From IMG/VR virus record IMGVR_UViG_3300024259_000128, positions 1-28,069 of that record: DNA of 28,069 nt; one strand, given 5' to 3'. How positions within the stretch are numbered: the first letter of the stretch is position 1; the number at the start of each line of letters is the position of its first letter. A model generated the notes under the pieces. The model ran no database searches and was not told the origin of the DNA. It saw only the letters and a list, made by a program, of their open reading frames with translations. The translations under genes and the position numbers were made by a program. This stretch comes from a virus (taxonomy: Duplodnaviria > Caudoviricetes). Below, in pieces: positions 24,974-28,069 of the stretch.

Positions 24974-25468
24974 TCACTTTTCTTCACTTTTTCGTTTATC
25001 GATATCACATTGCAAAGCAATCAACATTTCTTTATATTCCCGGGAAAACCCTCTCCCGAATTTATTTATTGCGATTTCCAATAATTTAACCTTGTTATCC
25101 ATTGAAAGTACCATCTTGTCCCCCTTTTTTGCATTAGTTACAATTCTTTTATATCTTCCTTGAACCGCTCTCATGGTAAATTTATCCAAACCTTCAAAAT
25201 CTTTAGTTCCATCACAATAGGCCGTTATAGAATCCTCGCTTATAGACACCACCGAATCTTTGCGAACGGCATAAATCCCGGAATAATTATTAAAAACAAT
25301 ATACCCATTTTCGTCTGCATGTCTCTTTAACGTTGGAATCAAAAGGTCAACACAGGACATGATCGTATGTTTTGTCAACCAATCATCATAGGAATTTCTT
25401 ATCTTTCTTGTTATCCCGCCCCAACCCCCCCCCCCATCATACCCCCCCTTTTTTAAATACACACGCAC
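24974..25468 (-). CDS. AT-rich hypothetical protein between terL and portal; start uncertain
   Basis: 164-aa ORF from GTG; the 5' part runs through G7 and G11 tracts. Confidence 0.55.
   Translation of the reverse strand: MRVYLKKGGYDGGGGWGGITRKIRNSYDDWLTKHTIMSCVDLLIPTLKRHADENGYIVFNNYSGIYAVRKDSVVSISEDSITAYCDGTKDFEGLDKFTMRAVQGRYKRIVTNAKKGDKMVLSMDNKVKLLEIAINKFGRGFSREYKEMLIALQCDIDKRKSEEK
25415..25448 (-). repeat. G-tract cluster G7-TATGAT-G11-TT-G4-C-G3
   Basis: C runs on the + strand at 25415-25417, 25419-25422, 25425-25435 and 25442-25448. Confidence 0.9.
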
Positions 25469-25486
25469 AGAAACGTTACCCTAAAA

Positions 25487-26995
25487 TTAATACCCCGTAA
25501 CAGAACTGGCCTGACTATGGGGCGGCGCGTAGTCGTCCTCATCGTCCTCATCAGGTGGATAATACACCGTGTCCAACAATAACAGACGATATAAATTTTC
25601 CATCATATCATCGTCTTTTTTCTGCGCCTTCTGCGTTTCTTTATCATACATCCATGATTCAAACTCATAAATAGTTCTGACCATATCCCTGAACACAAAC
25701 AATGAGGCTTCCCCGTTTGGCCCCATGAGATGCCCATTGATTTGAATGATACCACTCTCTTTATCCTTTGTGGCAGTTTCAAGACACATCTCGTTGCGGT
25801 ATAACACGGCCTCCACCTTGTCATAGGTGGTGTTTGGATTGTTCTGGTCGCCCTTGGCAAGCGGATCAATAATCACGCGGCCCACGCGAAAATTATTCCG
25901 CGTCACCATCCTCACTATCCACTCACCCACTTCCGTCCCGTCCCCATGCCTCCAAATTTCATTGACCAACCACTTTTGCTGTTTAGGGTCTGTGGCAATA
26001 AAAAGAATGGCCTGTTCTTTTCGAGGATGGATATCAATGCCGACATCAATTATCCAATCAAGCGGGACATCAAATCTATCCTTTATGTGCCGGGGCCGCT
26101 TGAAATTCTGGCAGATCAACCCGGATAGATACGCTGGCTTCCCATGTACCCGGGCTTTCATGATAGACCCGTCTTTATCCGTCATTTTAATCTTTTCGAT
26201 ATATTCGTCAATTCCCTCCTTGGTAAGCCCGTACCCCTCATTAATCCACATATCACCATCAACTGCAAAGACATTTCGCGCTGGCATGCCCCGTTTATCC
26301 CGAGCCTGAACAATGTCCGTATGAACCCACGGCTCTCCTAACAGTGTGGCTGAAAACAATTCACGCCCCCGCCTGTCAATAAGCCTCGTGACATTCTCAT
26401 TTCGTATAGCCTTATTGGGGGGTTCGTCATACCCAACGAGGTCAAGGTTGGCCCCTGCGTGTGTCATGGGGTCCTGAAAATTGGATAAAATCTCAAGGGT
26501 TGAACCGGTCTTTACATCGGTCCAGAAAGACTCGGCCCCGGTTCCTGAATGTTTTTTAATCTTTAACTTCCGATCTGCCGGCCACCACTCTTTTAGGGTG
26601 GGGATTAAAATCTTTTTAATTTGGCTCTCCCAATCCTGCCCAATAATCCTGACCCGGCGCGGCTCGTCATGGTAAAACCTTAATCTCTTATTGCTCCAAG
26701 GCCAGAATCCGAACATTGTTGAAAAAGAAATAATGGCCAACGTTGTCGTTTTGCCGATCCTGTTACTACCAGAATAAACGAAGATTTTATATTCGGGGAT
26801 CCCCCATGCGTCAATAAGCTCTCTCTGTAATGGGTTTTGTCGGAGGGTTCCCTTTGGACCTTCGGGTTTGAAGAAATAAATTTTATTCTCTTTTTCAATA
26901 CCCTTATTCACAGCCTTGAGATTAGCCAACTCCCCCAAGAGTTTCGTAACCTCGTCATTGTAAATCTTATTTTTTTGGTATGGCTGTTCTGGCAT
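25487..26995 (-). CDS. terL: Terminase large subunit
   Basis: Walker A GSNRIGKT, Walker B GYDEPP, coupling motif FSAT, nuclease GIDIH, IIDP and DDMME. Confidence 0.92.
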   Translation of the reverse strand: MPEQPYQKNKIYNDEVTKLLGELANLKAVNKGIEKENKIYFFKPEGPKGTLRQNPLQRELIDAWGIPEYKIFVYSGSNRIGKTTTLAIISFSTMFGFWPWSNKRLRFYHDEPRRVRIIGQDWESQIKKILIPTLKEWWPADRKLKIKKHSGTGAESFWTDVKTGSTLEILSNFQDPMTHAGANLDLVGYDEPPNKAIRNENVTRLIDRRGRELFSATLLGEPWVHTDIVQARDKRGMPARNVFAVDGDMWINEGYGLTKEGIDEYIEKIKMTDKDGSIMKARVHGKPAYLSGLICQNFKRPRHIKDRFDVPLDWIIDVGIDIHPRKEQAILFIATDPKQQKWLVNEIWRHGDGTEVGEWIVRMVTRNNFRVGRVIIDPLAKGDQNNPNTTYDKVEAVLYRNEMCLETATKDKESGIIQINGHLMGPNGEASLFVFRDMVRTIYEFESWMYDKETQKAQKKDDDMMENLYRLLLLDTVYYPPDEDDEDDYAPPHSQASSVTGY

Positions 26996-27001
26996 TGGCG
27001 G

Positions 27002-27613
27002 CTATATCTCCTTTGTGGAAATTAACAGCCTTGCTCTCAGGGAAATAAGCTTTTTGAATCTTTCACCAGGGAACTCTTTTTTTGAAATTTGATATTTCCA
27101 TTCCGGGGGCTTTCTCCAATACAATATAGGAGCGAAATCGCAATTATGACTTTTTGCTTTTCTCAAATCGGCCCGTATGCTTGAAATAAACGAGATCGAC
27201 ATCGCTATAAACAATGACGCACCGTCCCCCTCAAAACCCTTGGCGTCTAAATTAAAAGTAATATACTTTTCCCCCGTCACAGCCTCCGCCCCTTTTGTGG
27301 ACTCCCCAACGCGGCCTGAGCATATGGCATTGACTTTCGACATTAGGGCGTAGTCGGGGATTGATTCTGTCTCTTCGTGGGCCACTTCGGCTTGCTTTTT
27401 GGCTTCGGAGAATCCTTTCAGGAAAGAGCTGACCGCCCCACCTGAGATATCGTCGATACCAGGGCTGTTGTTATCCCCCGACTTCTTTAAAAGCTCCTCC
27501 GATATCAAGACATCCCGAAGCGCACCGGCCAAAACACGGATATTTCCGGGGCTGTCGCGTCTCTCGTAAGCATTCTCCAGCGCCTCGATTGCTCTCTTGA
27601 CTAAATTTCTCAT
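27002..27613 (-). CDS. Hypothetical protein
   Basis: 203-aa ORF with GGAAGGA RBS; stop lies 6 nt before the terL start. Confidence 0.65.
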   Translation of the reverse strand: MRNLVKRAIEALENAYERRDSPGNIRVLAGALRDVLISEELLKKSGDNNSPGIDDISGGAVSSFLKGFSEAKKQAEVAHEETESIPDYALMSKVNAICSGRVGESTKGAEAVTGEKYITFNLDAKGFEGDGASLFIAMSISFISSIRADLRKAKSHNCDFAPILYWRKPPEWKYQISKKEFPGERFKKLISLRARLLISTKEI

Positions 27614-27643
27614 TGTTCCTTCCCTCTCTTTTTTGTTTTTTCG

Positions 27644-28015
27644 CTATTTTTTGGGAAGATTTGCCCGCTCCGCGCTTAACATAGCCCTGGCCATCCAGTC
27701 AATCGCTTGCTCAAGGCACTTCGCCTCTAACTCAGAACGTTCCGCGCCGGTGGGAGCAACGGCCCACAGCCTGACATGTATAAGCTCATGCACAAGATCA
27801 AGCTCAATGTCCCTATCATTTGGGTCATTTTTCTGTCGATCATCGGGAGACATTAGCCGGATCTGCGCCGTTTGGGCATTTGAATTTGTGGTTACGCGGC
27901 CCTGGGCCTGATTAATATCAATACATGACAAGTACGCTACTTCAATTTCCCAATCCGACAGACCGAGTCGACGTTGCCATTTTTGCATGGTCTGAGGTAA
28001 TCTATCTGTTTGCAT
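27644..28015 (-). CDS. Small zincin-like (HExxH) metallopeptidase-like protein
   Basis: WQ.RLGL.DW.I, VHELIH and a downstream Glu (LEQAI). Confidence 0.7.
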   Translation of the reverse strand: MQTDRLPQTMQKWQRRLGLSDWEIEVAYLSCIDINQAQGRVTTNSNAQTAQIRLMSPDDRQKNDPNDRDIELDLVHELIHVRLWAVAPTGAERSELEAKCLEQAIDWMARAMLSAERANLPKK

Positions 28016-28069
28016 TTTTCCCTTTTTAAAAAAAATATCTTTGGGGTGGACCCAAACATATAATATGGG

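Overview
This window is a fragment of a tailed dsDNA phage or prophage with podovirus-like (P22/T7-type) morphogenesis genes. The + strand (1-2741) holds the end of an accessory operon: a Gly-X repeat protein, a C5-methyltransferase-like gene, a MazG-like gene, a DUF3310-like gene and a HAD phosphatase. It converges at a hairpin (2762-2795) with a long minus-strand late region. Read in transcription order that region has terL, portal, GroES, scaffold, major capsid, decoration/fibre/LamG proteins, adaptor, nozzle, three ejection-type proteins, tail fibre, an unexplained envelope-protein cassette, an M15 endolysin and a holin. The most notable points are: (i) an AT-rich ADP-ribosyltransferase-like domain inserted in frame into the largest ejection protein; (ii) a cassette just before the lysis genes that combines a 50-aa signal-peptide ORF missing from the ORF track with a polytopic membrane protein; (iii) a methyltransferase whose catalytic PC motif reads PR; (iv) a 21-bp direct repeat flanking the phosphatase gene; and (v) G-tracts and a terminator-containing leader between terL and portal. 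All family calls come from motif recognition and synteny by eye; no searches were run.
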